From: Candidatus Wildermuthbacteria bacterium RIFOXYD1_FULL_50_12
GTDB taxonomy: Bacteria > Patescibacteriota > Minisyncoccia > Minisyncoccales > UBA10102
Reading direction: 5' to 3'
Assembly (NCBI GenBank): GCA_001825035.1
Contig: MHUO01000004.1
Coordinates: 155,476 to 219,475, forward strand
Length of the DNA: 64,000 bases
The translations under genes and the position numbers were made by a program. Below are positions 1-10,025 of this stretch, piece after piece; within the stretch, counting starts at the first letter, position 1; each line of letters starts with the position of its first letter. Below the pieces are notes generated by a model. The model saw only the letters and a list, made by a program, of their open reading frames with translations, ran no database searches and was not told where the DNA came from.

Positions 1-81
1 GGATGGGAGCCCAAGATTTCATTGGATGAAGGGATCGAGAAAACTATGGCTTGGTATAAAGAGCATTATGATTATCAGTAA
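1..81 (+). CDS. 3' end of an NAD-dependent sugar epimerase/dehydratase (partial, runs off window start)
   Basis: Frame 1 reads ...WEPKISLDEGIEKTMAWYKEHYDYQ*, a typical C-terminus of GDP/dTDP-sugar 4,6-dehydratase/epimerase family proteins. The stop overlaps the next gene start (ATGA). Not in the ORF track because it is partial. Confidence 0.4.
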   Translation, partial: GWEPKISLDEGIEKTMAWYKEHYDYQ

Positions 82-1060
82 AACCCCATTTCGCATATCT
101 TTTTTTGGCGGAGGGACCGACTATCCGGTTTGGTTCAGAGAGCATGGCGGCCAAGTATTGTCTACCACGATAGACAAGTATTGCTATTTGAGCGTTCGGT
201 ATTTCCCGCCGTTTTTCCCTTATAAGCACCGTATTGTGTACTCGAAGATTGAAACGGTCAATGACATTGGTGAGATTCTGCATCCGGCAGTAAAAGCAAC
301 GTTGGAATTTTTCAAAATCGAGAAGGGGCTGTCAATCCATCATGACGGCGATTTGCCCGCCCGCACCGGCTTAGGATCGAGTTCCTCCTTTACTGTTGGT
401 CTGTTGCACGCCTTACACGGTTTGCAGGGGCAGAACATTTCAAAGGAGGAATTAGCGAGAGAAGCAATTCACTTGGAAAGAGACATGCTCAAAGAAAATG
501 TTGGATCCCAAGATCAGGTTGCGGTTGCGTATGGGGGATTGAATAAGCTTGTGTTTTCCGGAGCGAACGACGTGAGTGTTCAGCCGATTGCCGTGAGTGA
601 AGCAAGGAGAAAAGAATTGGAATCGCATCTCGCCCTTTACTTTACAGGATTTTCCAGATACGCATCGGAAGTGGCGAAAGAACAAATTGAAAAGACGCCG
701 CAAAAGCAAAAAGAGCTGCAGGCAATAAGTGATATGGTAGATCAGGGAATAGATATTTTACAAAACGAAAAAGTAAGTATTTTGGGATTTGGGAAACTCT
801 TAGGGGAATCGTGGCAACTGAAAAGAAGTTTAACGGATAAGATATCCACTGTCCAAATCGACGCGCTCTATGAGAGGGCAGTAAGGGCTGGAGCGGTCGG
901 CGGGAAGCTCTTGGGAGCAGGCGGTGGAGGGTTTATGCTTTTATTTATTCCTCCTGACAAACAGCAGAACGTGAGAGAGGCATTGAAAGACCTGCTGGAG
1001 GCTCCATTCCATTTCGAAAGAGGAGGGAGCCAGATTATCTATCGTAATTCAACGGTATGA
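68..1060 (+). CDS. hddA: GHMP-family sugar kinase, D-glycero-D-manno-heptose 7-phosphate kinase (HddA-like)
   Basis: N-terminus MIISKTPFRISFFGGGTDYP is the GHMP/HddA signature, and there is a GLGSSSS ATP loop. The track ORF starts at 26, but ATG 68 overlaps the upstream stop and matches HddA N-termini. Confidence 0.7.
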   Translation: MIISKTPFRISFFGGGTDYPVWFREHGGQVLSTTIDKYCYLSVRYFPPFFPYKHRIVYSKIETVNDIGEILHPAVKATLEFFKIEKGLSIHHDGDLPARTGLGSSSSFTVGLLHALHGLQGQNISKEELAREAIHLERDMLKENVGSQDQVAVAYGGLNKLVFSGANDVSVQPIAVSEARRKELESHLALYFTGFSRYASEVAKEQIEKTPQKQKELQAISDMVDQGIDILQNEKVSILGFGKLLGESWQLKRSLTDKISTVQIDALYERAVRAGAVGGKLLGAGGGGFMLLFIPPDKQQNVREALKDLLEAPFHFERGGSQIIYRNSTV

Positions 1061-1575
1061 TTGAAGTTTCGAAAACAAATTTAAGAGGAGTGCTTCGGAT
1101 CGTTCCAGAAGTATTCCGTGACCATCGGGGGCAATTCGTGGAGACATACAGCAGGGAGCTTTATAAGAAAAGCGGAATTGGCTTTGATTTTGTGCAGGAC
1201 GATATTTCTCGTTCAAAAAAAGATGTTTTGCGCGGAATCCACGGCGACAAGGAAACTTCCAAATTGGTTTCCTGCACATACGGGAAATTGTTTTTTGTGG
1301 TGGTAAATTGCAACGAGGAATCCTCAGAGTTTGGGAAATGGCAATCGTTTGAGCTCTCTGACGAAAACAGAATGCAAATTTTTGTGCCGCCCACTTATGG
1401 CATTGCGTATTTGGTATTGAGCGATGAGGCCGTGTTTACCTATAAGCAATCTACGTACTTTGTGCACGGAAAGCAGTTCAGCTACCGATGGGATGATCCG
1501 CGATTTGGAATCAATTGGCCGATTACCAATCCTATTTTGTCGGAAAGAGACAAAGCGGGGCATTATGTCAGATAG
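1057..1575 (+). CDS. RmlC-like cupin sugar 3,5-epimerase (dTDP-4-dehydrorhamnose 3,5-epimerase family; could act on GDP-heptose)
   Basis: Motifs VLRGIHGD and FRDHRGQFVETY, at RmlC-like length (172 aa). Confidence 0.7.
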   Translation: MIEVSKTNLRGVLRIVPEVFRDHRGQFVETYSRELYKKSGIGFDFVQDDISRSKKDVLRGIHGDKETSKLVSCTYGKLFFVVVNCNEESSEFGKWQSFELSDENRMQIFVPPTYGIAYLVLSDEAVFTYKQSTYFVHGKQFSYRWDDPRFGINWPITNPILSERDKAGHYVR

Positions 1576-2884
1576 CATTACAAAAGCAGTTATCGTAGCT
1601 GGAGGGAAAGGAACGCGTTTGGCGACTTTTACCAACAATACGGCCAAAGCCCTGGTGGAAATTGGGGGGAAGCCGATTATCCAGCATCAAATTGAGCTTT
1701 TACGAGGACAGGGGGTCAAAGAGATTTGGCTGCTGTTAGGGCATTTAGGAGAGCAAATACAGCATTTTGCCGAGCAAAAAGATTGGGGAGTTGTTTTGCA
1801 TTTTCTGCATGAGAAGCAGCCGTTGGGTACTGCAGGCGCGCTCAAGCAGCTCGAAGGGGAAATACAAGAAGATTTTTTTGCTTTGTCGGGGGATGTCATG
1901 ATAAACATTGACCTCCAGAGATTCGTAGATTGGCACACACAAAAAGAGGGAATCGCATCTCTCATGGTTCATCCGAATGACCATCCGTTTGACTCAGATC
2001 TGGTGGAAGCAGACGGGAAAGGAAGGGTATTGTCGCTCTTGCGAAGGCCACACGCAGAGGACCTCGTGTTTCGCACTTTAAGCATCGCCTCTCTGTATAT
2101 TTTTTCGCCAAGAATTTTTCCTTATATACCCAAAGGAGAAAAATCCGACATGGAGAAAGATGTTTTGCCAAAGCTTTTGCAGGCAAATGAAAACATTTAT
2201 GCCTACAATACCCCAGAATACATTAAGGATATGGGTACGCCCAATAGGTTAGAAGAAGTACGAAAAGATTATGAATCGGGAAAAATATTCAGAATGAGTC
2301 TGAAAAATGAAAGGCGAGCAATTTTTCTTGATCGGGACGGCGTACTCAATGAAGAAGTTGATCAGCTTGCAAAGATTGAGGATTTCAGATTGTACGATTT
2401 TACTCCAGAGGCCGTGAAGAAAATTAATGAGAGTGATTTTATGGCAATCGTAGTCTCCAACCAACCCATGGTTGCCAAAGGATTTATGACAGAGAAAGAT
2501 GTGCAAGAGATGCAGAAAGAACTGGAAACAGAGTTAGGTAAGAAAGGCGCCAAGATAGACGCAGCGTATTATTGTTTCCACCATCCGGAGAAGGGGTTTG
2601 AGGGCGAGAGGCCCGAATTAAAAATCGAATGCGCCTGCAGGAAGCCAAAGCCCGGCCTTCTGTTGGAGGCACAAAAAGATTTTCATATAGATCTCAAGAG
2701 ATCCTATATGATTGGCGACCAGACGGTGGATATCTTGGCCGGCAGGAACGCGGGATGCAAAACAGTATTGGTGCAAACCGGCTATGCAGGGAAAGATGCA
2801 AGGTGCGAGGCAGAACCAGATGGAAGAGCGCAAGACGTTTTGGATGCGGTAAATAACATAATGCTTGCTCAAGCTGCTGTATGA
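1565..2884 (+). CDS. Bifunctional sugar-1-phosphate nucleotidyltransferase (HddC-like) fused to HAD-type D,D-heptose 1,7-bisphosphate phosphatase (GmhB-like)
   Basis: N-terminal half has AVIVAGGKGTRLATFTNNTAKALVEIGGKPII (NTP-transferase G-loop). C-terminal half has IFLDRDGVLNEE, CxC..RKPKPGLL and IGDQTVDILAGRNAGC (GmhB-like HAD motifs). Start taken at internal ATG 1565; the track ORF starts at 1424. Confidence 0.7.
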   Translation: MSDSITKAVIVAGGKGTRLATFTNNTAKALVEIGGKPIIQHQIELLRGQGVKEIWLLLGHLGEQIQHFAEQKDWGVVLHFLHEKQPLGTAGALKQLEGEIQEDFFALSGDVMINIDLQRFVDWHTQKEGIASLMVHPNDHPFDSDLVEADGKGRVLSLLRRPHAEDLVFRTLSIASLYIFSPRIFPYIPKGEKSDMEKDVLPKLLQANENIYAYNTPEYIKDMGTPNRLEEVRKDYESGKIFRMSLKNERRAIFLDRDGVLNEEVDQLAKIEDFRLYDFTPEAVKKINESDFMAIVVSNQPMVAKGFMTEKDVQEMQKELETELGKKGAKIDAAYYCFHHPEKGFEGERPELKIECACRKPKPGLLLEAQKDFHIDLKRSYMIGDQTVDILAGRNAGCKTVLVQTGYAGKDARCEAEPDGRAQDVLDAVNNIMLAQAAV

Positions 2885-4353
2885 ATTACGGGATCGAAAT
2901 AAAAAATCTTCTGTTCACGAACGGAACAGTCAAGCAAACGATTTTTAAGAATGTTGTTTGGGGGTCGGCAGGTAGTATGGTTAACAAGCTGCTTTCTTTT
3001 GTTTTACTGATTTATGCCGCCCGCATTTTGGGGGCAGAGGGGTACGGTCAAATCACCTTTGCGTTGGCTTTTGCATCTCTCTTTATCATACTTTCCCATT
3101 TTGGATTGCCTTCTATCATTACGCGTGAGTTTGCAAGAAAAGAGGGAGGGGAAGACGAATTCTATGCAATTCTTTGTTTGAAAATTATATTGGTTCTGTT
3201 AACCTTCGTTTTGATTGCAGCAGTAAGTTTTTTGACAATTTCATCGTCGGAAGTACGCATACTCACTGTAATCATAGGATCTTTCCTTTTAATGAATAGT
3301 CTCATCGGCACTGCATACTCTTTTTTCCACGCACGACAGAAAATGGAGTACGAGGCTTGGCTGGAGGGCGTCCAGATGCTGCTTATGTTAAGTTTGGGAT
3401 TATTTGTTTTGTTTCGTTTTCCTTCACCTCAAAACTTAAGCTACGTATATCTTGCATCTGCTTTTTTGGCTCTCCTGGCGACATACGTTTTCTTCGAAAG
3501 AAAGATTTTCCGCCTGAAGTTGAAATGCGATATTTCTATCTGGAAAAAGTATTTAAAAATGTCTTTACCGTTAGCGTTAAGTAGCATATTTGCCATGCTG
3601 TATGCATATACCGATTCAGTCATGCTCGGTTATTCGGACATGTTTGCGGAAACAGGGTGGTATAATGCTGCCCAAAGAATTGTATTGTTGGCTTTAATTC
3701 CCATGGGTCTTATTGCCTCGAGTTTTTATCCTGCTCTAAGCAAGCTGTCTAAGGAGTCGGGGCAACTTTTCCAGAAAATGTGGGACTACGAGTTGGAAAT
3801 AATGCTTGCGCTTGCTTTTCCCGTGGTAACGGGGGGAATTGTGTTAGCCTCAACCATTATCTTCTTTTTGTACACCGCAGATTTCACGCCTGCTATTCTG
3901 GCCCTTCAGTTTTCAGTCGTAACCGTGGGGCTTAATTTCTTGTATAGGCCATTTAACGATGTAATGATTATCTCAAATCATGAAGGGAAAATGTTTTGGA
4001 TTACGCTTGTTGGGGCTGGAATAAATGTAGCTCTAAACCTAATTCTTATTCCCCGGTACAGTTTGTATGGAGCAGCAGGAGCAACGGTAGCTACCTATAG
4101 CTTACTTCTGATAGTTATTATGGTTTTTGTAAAAAAGTTTACCACCTTGCGGTTTCCTCTTGCGCGCATTGGGCTTACGGTGTTGACGTCTGGTTTTTCA
4201 GCATTTCTTATGTATATGGCACTGCAATATCTGCTTTTATCCCACATGCATGTTGTGCTGTTGATGCTTGTGGGTGCGGCAGTGTATTTATTTGCTTTTT
4301 TGGGTTTTCGAAAGTTTGTTGTAACTAAATATTTCAAACAGGTATATGCATGA
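2881..4353 (+). CDS. wzx: Wzx-like oligosaccharide flippase (MOP superfamily polysaccharide biosynthesis protein)
   Basis: 490 aa with about 12-14 predicted TM helices. N-terminal region GSAGSMVNKLLSFVLLIYAARILGAEGYG is typical of Wzx/RfbX. Confidence 0.65.
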   Translation: MNYGIEIKNLLFTNGTVKQTIFKNVVWGSAGSMVNKLLSFVLLIYAARILGAEGYGQITFALAFASLFIILSHFGLPSIITREFARKEGGEDEFYAILCLKIILVLLTFVLIAAVSFLTISSSEVRILTVIIGSFLLMNSLIGTAYSFFHARQKMEYEAWLEGVQMLLMLSLGLFVLFRFPSPQNLSYVYLASAFLALLATYVFFERKIFRLKLKCDISIWKKYLKMSLPLALSSIFAMLYAYTDSVMLGYSDMFAETGWYNAAQRIVLLALIPMGLIASSFYPALSKLSKESGQLFQKMWDYELEIMLALAFPVVTGGIVLASTIIFFLYTADFTPAILALQFSVVTVGLNFLYRPFNDVMIISNHEGKMFWITLVGAGINVALNLILIPRYSLYGAAGATVATYSLLLIVIMVFVKKFTTLRFPLARIGLTVLTSGFSAFLMYMALQYLLLSHMHVVLLMLVGAAVYLFAFLGFRKFVVTKYFKQVYA

Positions 4354-5113
4354 AGACAAAAAGATTTTAGCTTTAATACCAGCTCGCGGAGGATCAAAGT
4401 CCATACCCAAGAAAAACATTGTTGATTTGGACGGGTTTCCGTTAATTGCCTATTCTATAGCTGCCGCCAAAATGTCACCACATATCTCAAGAATTGTGGT
4501 AAGCACAGATTCAAAAGAGATAGCCGAAATCGCGAAACAGTACGGCGCAGAAGTTCCTTTTATGAGGCCGGCAGAGTACGCCAGAGACGATTCTCCGGAC
4601 ATTGAGTTTTTTCGCCATGCGTTGGAGTGGCTGCAGGAACAAGAAAGATATATACCAGATCTGGTGGTGCACTTGCGGCCTACCACTCCGCTGCGGGAGC
4701 CGGCACTCGTAGACAAGGCCATCGAGGAGATCATTGCCGACGAAAACGCTACGGCGCTCCGAAGCGCTCACGAATCAGAACATACTGCTTACAAGTTGTT
4801 CCGAAAAGAAGGAGACTACATACATTTCTTCGGGCAGGAAGACTTTGCTCAAAACGAAGAGTATTATAACCGTGGGAGGCAGATTCTTCCGAAAACATAC
4901 AATCCGAATGGGTATGTGGACGTGATACGGCCGGAAGTGCTGCAGCAGACCGGCATGCTTCACGGGCTTCGCATACGCGCGTTTATTACCGAACGTGTAG
5001 CCGATATCGACCGGAAAGAAGACATTGCTTCTGCCGAGCAGCTGCTCAAAGAAGAGAAATTCCGACCCCTTCTACGCTTTTTAGAAAATCAAAAACCAAA
5101 TACTTATGCCTAA
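4346..5113 (+). CDS. neuA: Acylneuraminate (CMP-nonulosonate) cytidylyltransferase, NeuA/PseF/LegF family
   Basis: LALIPARGGSKSIPKKNIVDL matches the CMP-NeuAc synthetase glycine-rich motif. Family-typical length. Confidence 0.75.
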   Translation: MHEDKKILALIPARGGSKSIPKKNIVDLDGFPLIAYSIAAAKMSPHISRIVVSTDSKEIAEIAKQYGAEVPFMRPAEYARDDSPDIEFFRHALEWLQEQERYIPDLVVHLRPTTPLREPALVDKAIEEIIADENATALRSAHESEHTAYKLFRKEGDYIHFFGQEDFAQNEEYYNRGRQILPKTYNPNGYVDVIRPEVLQQTGMLHGLRIRAFITERVADIDRKEDIASAEQLLKEEKFRPLLRFLENQKPNTYA

Positions 5114-5810
5114 TTATTTGGAAACAGTATATTTTAGAGAAGAGTACGGAGCAGAAGAGTACCCGCAAAGGCTCTGTGATTATCTCTATGAACGATTTTT
5201 CAAATCGTATATGGACTCTCATCCCGACGGCAAGAAAAAGTTTTTGGATATTGGAAGCGGCAAGGGGAATCATTTGGTTGCTTTTTCAAGGCATGGGGTT
5301 GAGGCTTTTGGCATCGACAAAAGAGAAGAGTGCGTAGAGATTTTAGATTACTTTGATATTCGGGAGTGTGACATTGAAAAGGACCGATTCCCTTTTGAGG
5401 ATAATTCTTTCGATTTCATCTTCTCGAAATCCGTTATCGAACATGTGTACAACACGGATAATTTCCTCGACGAATCTTTTCGCGTATTAAAGCCCGGCGG
5501 AATTGTGGTGTTAATGACTCCTGACTGGCAGTCGCAAATGAAGTTTTTCTGGGACGATTATACCCATGTGCGGCCCTTTTCCAGAAAAGGTCTTCAGAAC
5601 GTGTTGAAACTCAAGAACTTCCAGGAAGTGGAGTGTTTCCGGTTCTTTCAGTTGCCGTTCGTGTGGAAATATCCGTTTTTGCGCTTTGTTCCCCGCATTA
5701 TTGCGTTGCTTCCCGATTTTTTGCGATTTCGCGACGCAGATGAGATGAGGTCGCGTGTTTTCGTTCGGTTTTCCAAAGAGCAAATGCTTATCGCAAAAGG
5801 AGTAAAATAA
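5106..5810 (+). CDS. Class I SAM-dependent methyltransferase
   Basis: LDIGSGKGNH (motif I) and LKPGGIVVLMTPD (motif post-II). Confidence 0.65.
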   Translation: MPNYLETVYFREEYGAEEYPQRLCDYLYERFFKSYMDSHPDGKKKFLDIGSGKGNHLVAFSRHGVEAFGIDKREECVEILDYFDIRECDIEKDRFPFEDNSFDFIFSKSVIEHVYNTDNFLDESFRVLKPGGIVVLMTPDWQSQMKFFWDDYTHVRPFSRKGLQNVLKLKNFQEVECFRFFQLPFVWKYPFLRFVPRIIALLPDFLRFRDADEMRSRVFVRFSKEQMLIAKGVK

Positions 5811-5827
5811 CCTTTAATATTTGTTCT

Positions 5828-6487
5828 ATGATACCACTACCAGATTTTAGTAAAGCATTCGACTACGAAAACGGCTTCTACCTTTCGTGCGATACTTCGC
5901 GCATGGCAAAAATGGCAGCGCATTACGAGCTGTACAAAATGTCGCTCAGCATTCCGGGTGACATCGCAGAATGCGGAGTATTCAAGGGTGTGGCACTGGT
6001 GCGTTTTGCTATGCTTCAAAAGCTGTTTGGCGAGATGCCTAAAAAAGTTGTTGGTTTTGATACTTTCGGCGTGTTCCCGGAAACCAACTTTGAAGGCGAT
6101 AAGGCTCCCCGCAAAAAATTTATTGATGACGCAGGGCAAGAAAGTATTACAGTTGAGCAATTGCAGGCTGTGTTGCGGCACAAAGCTTTGGAGCAAGATG
6201 TTGAGCTGGTACCGGGAGATATTACCGAAACAGTGCCTGCGTACGCCGCCTCGCATCCCGACATGAAGTTTTCGCTTATTAATCTGGATGTTGATATTTA
6301 TGAGCCAAGCGTCACGGTGTTGCAGTATTTGTATCCAAAATTAGAGAAAGGGGGCGTGCTTATTCTGGACGATTATGGCAGATTCCCAGGGGAAACCAAA
6401 GCAGTGGATGATTACTTTCAGGGCCAGGGCGTGGAAATCCACAAGTTTCCGTTTTGCAAAACACCGCAATATATTATTAAGGCGTAA
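5828..6487 (+). CDS. TylF/MycF-family (macrocin O-methyltransferase-like) sugar O-methyltransferase
   Basis: GDIAECGVFKGV, NLDVDIYEPS and GGVLILDDY are typical of the TylF/MycF family. Confidence 0.6.
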   Translation: MIPLPDFSKAFDYENGFYLSCDTSRMAKMAAHYELYKMSLSIPGDIAECGVFKGVALVRFAMLQKLFGEMPKKVVGFDTFGVFPETNFEGDKAPRKKFIDDAGQESITVEQLQAVLRHKALEQDVELVPGDITETVPAYAASHPDMKFSLINLDVDIYEPSVTVLQYLYPKLEKGGVLILDDYGRFPGETKAVDDYFQGQGVEIHKFPFCKTPQYIIKA

Positions 6488-6490
6488 TCC

Positions 6491-7312
6491 ATGACAGACG
6501 AGATGCAAAACAGTATCGGTATAATGCAGGGAAGGGTGGTGCCCCAAACTTTGGAGCGACTGCAAATTTTCCCCGAGCGTTGGGAGGAAGAGTTTCGCAC
6601 GGCAAGAGAGCTGGGCTTTGACCACATTGAGCTACTGGATGATAAAGAAAATCGCTTGCGCGATTTGCTCAAAACCCAAAAACAAGAAGTTTTTGCCAGT
6701 GTTTTGAACGCTGGCCTCCAGTGTACTTCTTTATGTGCTGACCAACTGTGCAGGTATTCGTTGCTGGGCAACCCTGTCGAGTTTAAGGAGCGTATAAAAG
6801 ATTTGCTGCAGCTGATAGAAGGGCAAGATGGATTTGTTGTGGTGGTGCCGTTTTTCGACGAAAATCAGCTCCGCTCGGCGGAAGAATTCAAGCAAGCGCT
6901 TGCGGCGTTGGCCCCGTTTGATAGGCTACTACAGCAAAAGGGTCTGCGTTTTGCCCTGGAAGTACTGCTGTCCGCAAAAGATATTATGGGGTCGTTTGAA
7001 GGATTTTCGTTTGGCGCCATCGGAATGTGCTATGACATTGGGAATAGTATTGGAAACGGCTTTCCGGTGCGCGAAGAAATTAGGAGTTTGGGAACTCTGA
7101 TAACTCATGTTCACGTAAAAGATAAAGAAAACGGGAAAAACGTGCGGATTGGAGCGCATCCAAAAGAACTGGGCGATGCCTTCGGAGCATTGAAAGAAAT
7201 AGGATACGGAGGGTTGCTTACCTTAGAAACATGCATTACGCCGGTTCCCGCGGAAGAAGCAAAGACGAATTTGGAGACAGTAAAAAAGCTAACGCGCGGG
7301 ATACCGCTATGA
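6491..7312 (+). CDS. Sugar phosphate isomerase/epimerase (xylose isomerase-like TIM barrel)
   Basis: HIELLDDKEN and MCYDIGN...HVHVKD...LTLE resemble AP-endonuclease-2/xylose isomerase-like TIM barrel proteins. Confidence 0.55.
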   Translation: MTDEMQNSIGIMQGRVVPQTLERLQIFPERWEEEFRTARELGFDHIELLDDKENRLRDLLKTQKQEVFASVLNAGLQCTSLCADQLCRYSLLGNPVEFKERIKDLLQLIEGQDGFVVVVPFFDENQLRSAEEFKQALAALAPFDRLLQQKGLRFALEVLLSAKDIMGSFEGFSFGAIGMCYDIGNSIGNGFPVREEIRSLGTLITHVHVKDKENGKNVRIGAHPKELGDAFGALKEIGYGGLLTLETCITPVPAEEAKTNLETVKKLTRGIPL

Positions 7313-8340
7313 AAATACTGTTTTTGGGTTTGGGTTCCATGGGTCAGCGCCACCTTCAGAATATCCAGAAGCTTCAGAAAGAGAAAAAACTTCCAGACAA
7401 CCTTGAGTTTTTTGGTTTGGTGCGGCCAGAAGACAGGCACCGCGTGATACGAGAAGGGCAGGAAAAGAAAGTGGCAGATATCAGCGAATATTACGGCATG
7501 ACTCCCGTAGTTTCCTGGACAGAAGCAAAAAAGGTGCGGCCAGATGCGGTGTTTGTTACCAACCCAAGCTCGCTGCATATCCCAAGTGCGCTCGAATTTG
7601 CCCGTTTGGGAAGTGACTTGTTTATTGAAAAGCCGCTGGGCCACACCACAAGGGGATTGAGTGAGCTAGAGCGTATTGTAAAGAGCAAAAAGCTGATTAC
7701 GATGGTAGGATTTCAAACCAGGTTCAACCCGCTGGTTACCAAAATAAAGGATCTTGTAGGGAGCAAAAGAGGAAGGATTATAAGTGCAGCCTTTACTTGG
7801 AACACGTTTTTGCCTGCGCACCATATATATGAAGATTATTCCAAAGGATACGCAGCAAGAAAAGATTTGGGCGGCGGGGTGGTACTTGGTTTAATTCATG
7901 AGATTGATTTGGTGTGTTATTTGCTTGGCTTACCCAAAAAGGTTATTGCTGTAGGAGGGAAGTTGAGCAATTTGCATATGAATGTGGAAGATACAGTAGC
8001 AGCCCTTCTTTTGTACGCGAAAAAAGGGAAAACATTTCCCGTGACACTTCGGCTTTCCTATGCACAAACAAAAGAAGTGCGCAAATTTGAGTTTCAATTC
8101 GAAGACAGTACATTATTTGTGGATAGTGTGGGAAACAGGTATGCTTTGTACGGGAAAGAAGGGGAATTGGTGGAAGAAAAAACCGACTCGACAATCAGAA
8201 ACGAATTGTTTGAAGCAGAGGTTTTACACCTTTTTGAGTGTGTTAACGTGCGCAAAGAGTCCAACGTCAATATCGTTGAAGCAAGAAAAAGTCTGCAAGT
8301 GGCGTTCGCAATAAAAAGGCAAATTGCAAAAAAGGTATGA
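7309..8340 (+). CDS. Gfo/Idh/MocA-family NAD(P)-dependent oxidoreductase
   Basis: MKILFLGLGSMGQRHLQN Rossmann N-terminus and EKPLGHT motif. Internal ATG 7309 overlaps the upstream stop (ATGA). Confidence 0.7.
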   Translation: MKILFLGLGSMGQRHLQNIQKLQKEKKLPDNLEFFGLVRPEDRHRVIREGQEKKVADISEYYGMTPVVSWTEAKKVRPDAVFVTNPSSLHIPSALEFARLGSDLFIEKPLGHTTRGLSELERIVKSKKLITMVGFQTRFNPLVTKIKDLVGSKRGRIISAAFTWNTFLPAHHIYEDYSKGYAARKDLGGGVVLGLIHEIDLVCYLLGLPKKVIAVGGKLSNLHMNVEDTVAALLLYAKKGKTFPVTLRLSYAQTKEVRKFEFQFEDSTLFVDSVGNRYALYGKEGELVEEKTDSTIRNELFEAEVLHLFECVNVRKESNVNIVEARKSLQVAFAIKRQIAKKV

Positions 8341-9125
8341 AACAAACAGAAACAATGAACAAATTTGATCTTTCGGGGCGTGTGTGCCTCATCACTGGAG
8401 GAATTGGTCTTTTAGGGCAAAGGCATAGAGGGGCAATTCGGGATGCGGGCGGCATACCCGTTACCTTGGATATCGTCGGAGAACCGGATTTTCTCGTCGA
8501 CATTACAGATAAGAAAGCTTTAGAGGAAACGCGAGAAAAGATTCTTGAGAAATATGGTCGTATTGATACTCTTATCAACAATGCAGCAAACAACCCCAAG
8601 ATGGAAAGTACGCAAGCCGGAAAGAATTGGACTAGGTTTGAAAATTTCCCAGAAAAAGTTTGGCAGGAGGATTTGGATGTCGGGCTTAAGGGAGCATTTC
8701 TATGCAGTCAGGTTTTCGGTTCATATATGGCTTCTCAAGGTAGAGGTGTTATTCTAAACATCTCTTCAGATCTTGGTTTGATCGCGCCGGACCAGCGCAT
8801 ATATCGAAAAGAGGGGCTTTCAGAAGAGCAGCAAATGGTAAAACCGGTTACGTATTCGCTCGTAAAGCACGGACTTATTGGGTTAACTCGCTACTTGGCA
8901 ACTTATTGGGCAGAAAAAGGTGTTAGAGTGAACGCGCTGTGCCCCGGTGGGATATTGAATGGGCAAGATGAAGATTTTGTAAAGCGGCTTTCAAATCTTA
9001 TTCCCATGGAAAGGATGGCAAATAAAGATGAGTATCAGGCCGTGGTTATCTTCTTGCTATCAGATGCTTCTTCGTATATGACCGGATCAGTTCTTGCAAT
9101 AGATGGGGGTCGAACGTGTTGGTAA
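8337..9125 (+). CDS. SDR-family short-chain dehydrogenase/reductase
   Basis: ITGGIGLLG glycine motif, NNAA motif, YxxxK (YSLVKHG). Confidence 0.7.
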   Translation: MKQTETMNKFDLSGRVCLITGGIGLLGQRHRGAIRDAGGIPVTLDIVGEPDFLVDITDKKALEETREKILEKYGRIDTLINNAANNPKMESTQAGKNWTRFENFPEKVWQEDLDVGLKGAFLCSQVFGSYMASQGRGVILNISSDLGLIAPDQRIYRKEGLSEEQQMVKPVTYSLVKHGLIGLTRYLATYWAEKGVRVNALCPGGILNGQDEDFVKRLSNLIPMERMANKDEYQAVVIFLLSDASSYMTGSVLAIDGGRTCW

Positions 9126-9149
9126 CAAATAATAAGGAGTAATAAAACT

Positions 9150-10022
9150 ATGGAAAGAAAAAAAGTGACAATCGGAGGAAAAACGATAGGAGAGGGCGAG
9201 CCGACGTTCATCATCGCCGAGATAGGGATTAACCATAACGGCAGTTTGGAAAACGCCCAAAAACTTATTGACGTTGCGGTGGACGCGGGATGCGACGCAG
9301 TAAAGTTCCAAAAGCGGACGATAGACGTTGTGTACACTCCAGAAGAATTAGTTCGGCCGAGAGAAAGCGTGTTTGGGAATACGAATGGAGATTTAAAGCG
9401 CGGACTCGAGTTTGGCGAGAAAGAATATGCGGAAATTGACCGATACTGCAAAGAAAAAGGCATTATGTGGTTCGCTTCCCCGTGGGATGAGGGGAGCGTC
9501 GATTTCCTTGCAAAGTTCGATATTCCGTGTTATAAAATAGCTTCACCCTCCCTTACGGATGACAACCTTTTAAGGCATGTTCGATCCAAGGGAAAGTCGA
9601 TTATTCTTTCAACGGGAATGAGTACGGTGGAGCAAATTCGTCATGCCGTGGAGGTTTTGAGTGAAGATGATCTGGTTCTTCTCCATTGCACTTCCACATA
9701 TCCAGGAGCAGACGAGGAACTGAATTTAAAGGTAATTCCATGGTTAAAAGAGCAGTTTTCCTGCCCTATCGGGTACAGCGGTCATGAGGTTGGAGTGTAT
9801 TCTTCGTTGGTGGCAGCTGTGCTGGGTGCTTGTGTAGTGGAGCGGCATATTACGTTGGATCGTGCAATGTGGGGGTCAGATCAAGCAGCCTCTCTGGAGC
9901 CACAGGGAATTGAACGACTGGTTGGCAGTATCAGATCTATCCCTATATGGTTGGGAGACGGCAAAAAAAGAGTATTCGAAAGTGAACTTCCCATTCTGCA
10001 GAAACTCCGGAGGGTAAAATAA
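9150..10022 (+). CDS. neuB: NeuB-family nonulosonic acid synthase (N-acetylneuraminate/pseudaminate/legionaminate synthase-like), apparently lacking most of the C-terminal SAF domain
   Basis: IIAEIGINHNGSLENAQKLIDVAVDAGCDAVKFQKRT is the NeuB TIM-barrel signature. At 290 aa it is shorter than typical ~340 aa NeuB proteins. Confidence 0.75.
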   Translation: MERKKVTIGGKTIGEGEPTFIIAEIGINHNGSLENAQKLIDVAVDAGCDAVKFQKRTIDVVYTPEELVRPRESVFGNTNGDLKRGLEFGEKEYAEIDRYCKEKGIMWFASPWDEGSVDFLAKFDIPCYKIASPSLTDDNLLRHVRSKGKSIILSTGMSTVEQIRHAVEVLSEDDLVLLHCTSTYPGADEELNLKVIPWLKEQFSCPIGYSGHEVGVYSSLVAAVLGACVVERHITLDRAMWGSDQAASLEPQGIERLVGSIRSIPIWLGDGKKRVFESELPILQKLRRVK

Positions 10023-10025
10023 ATC

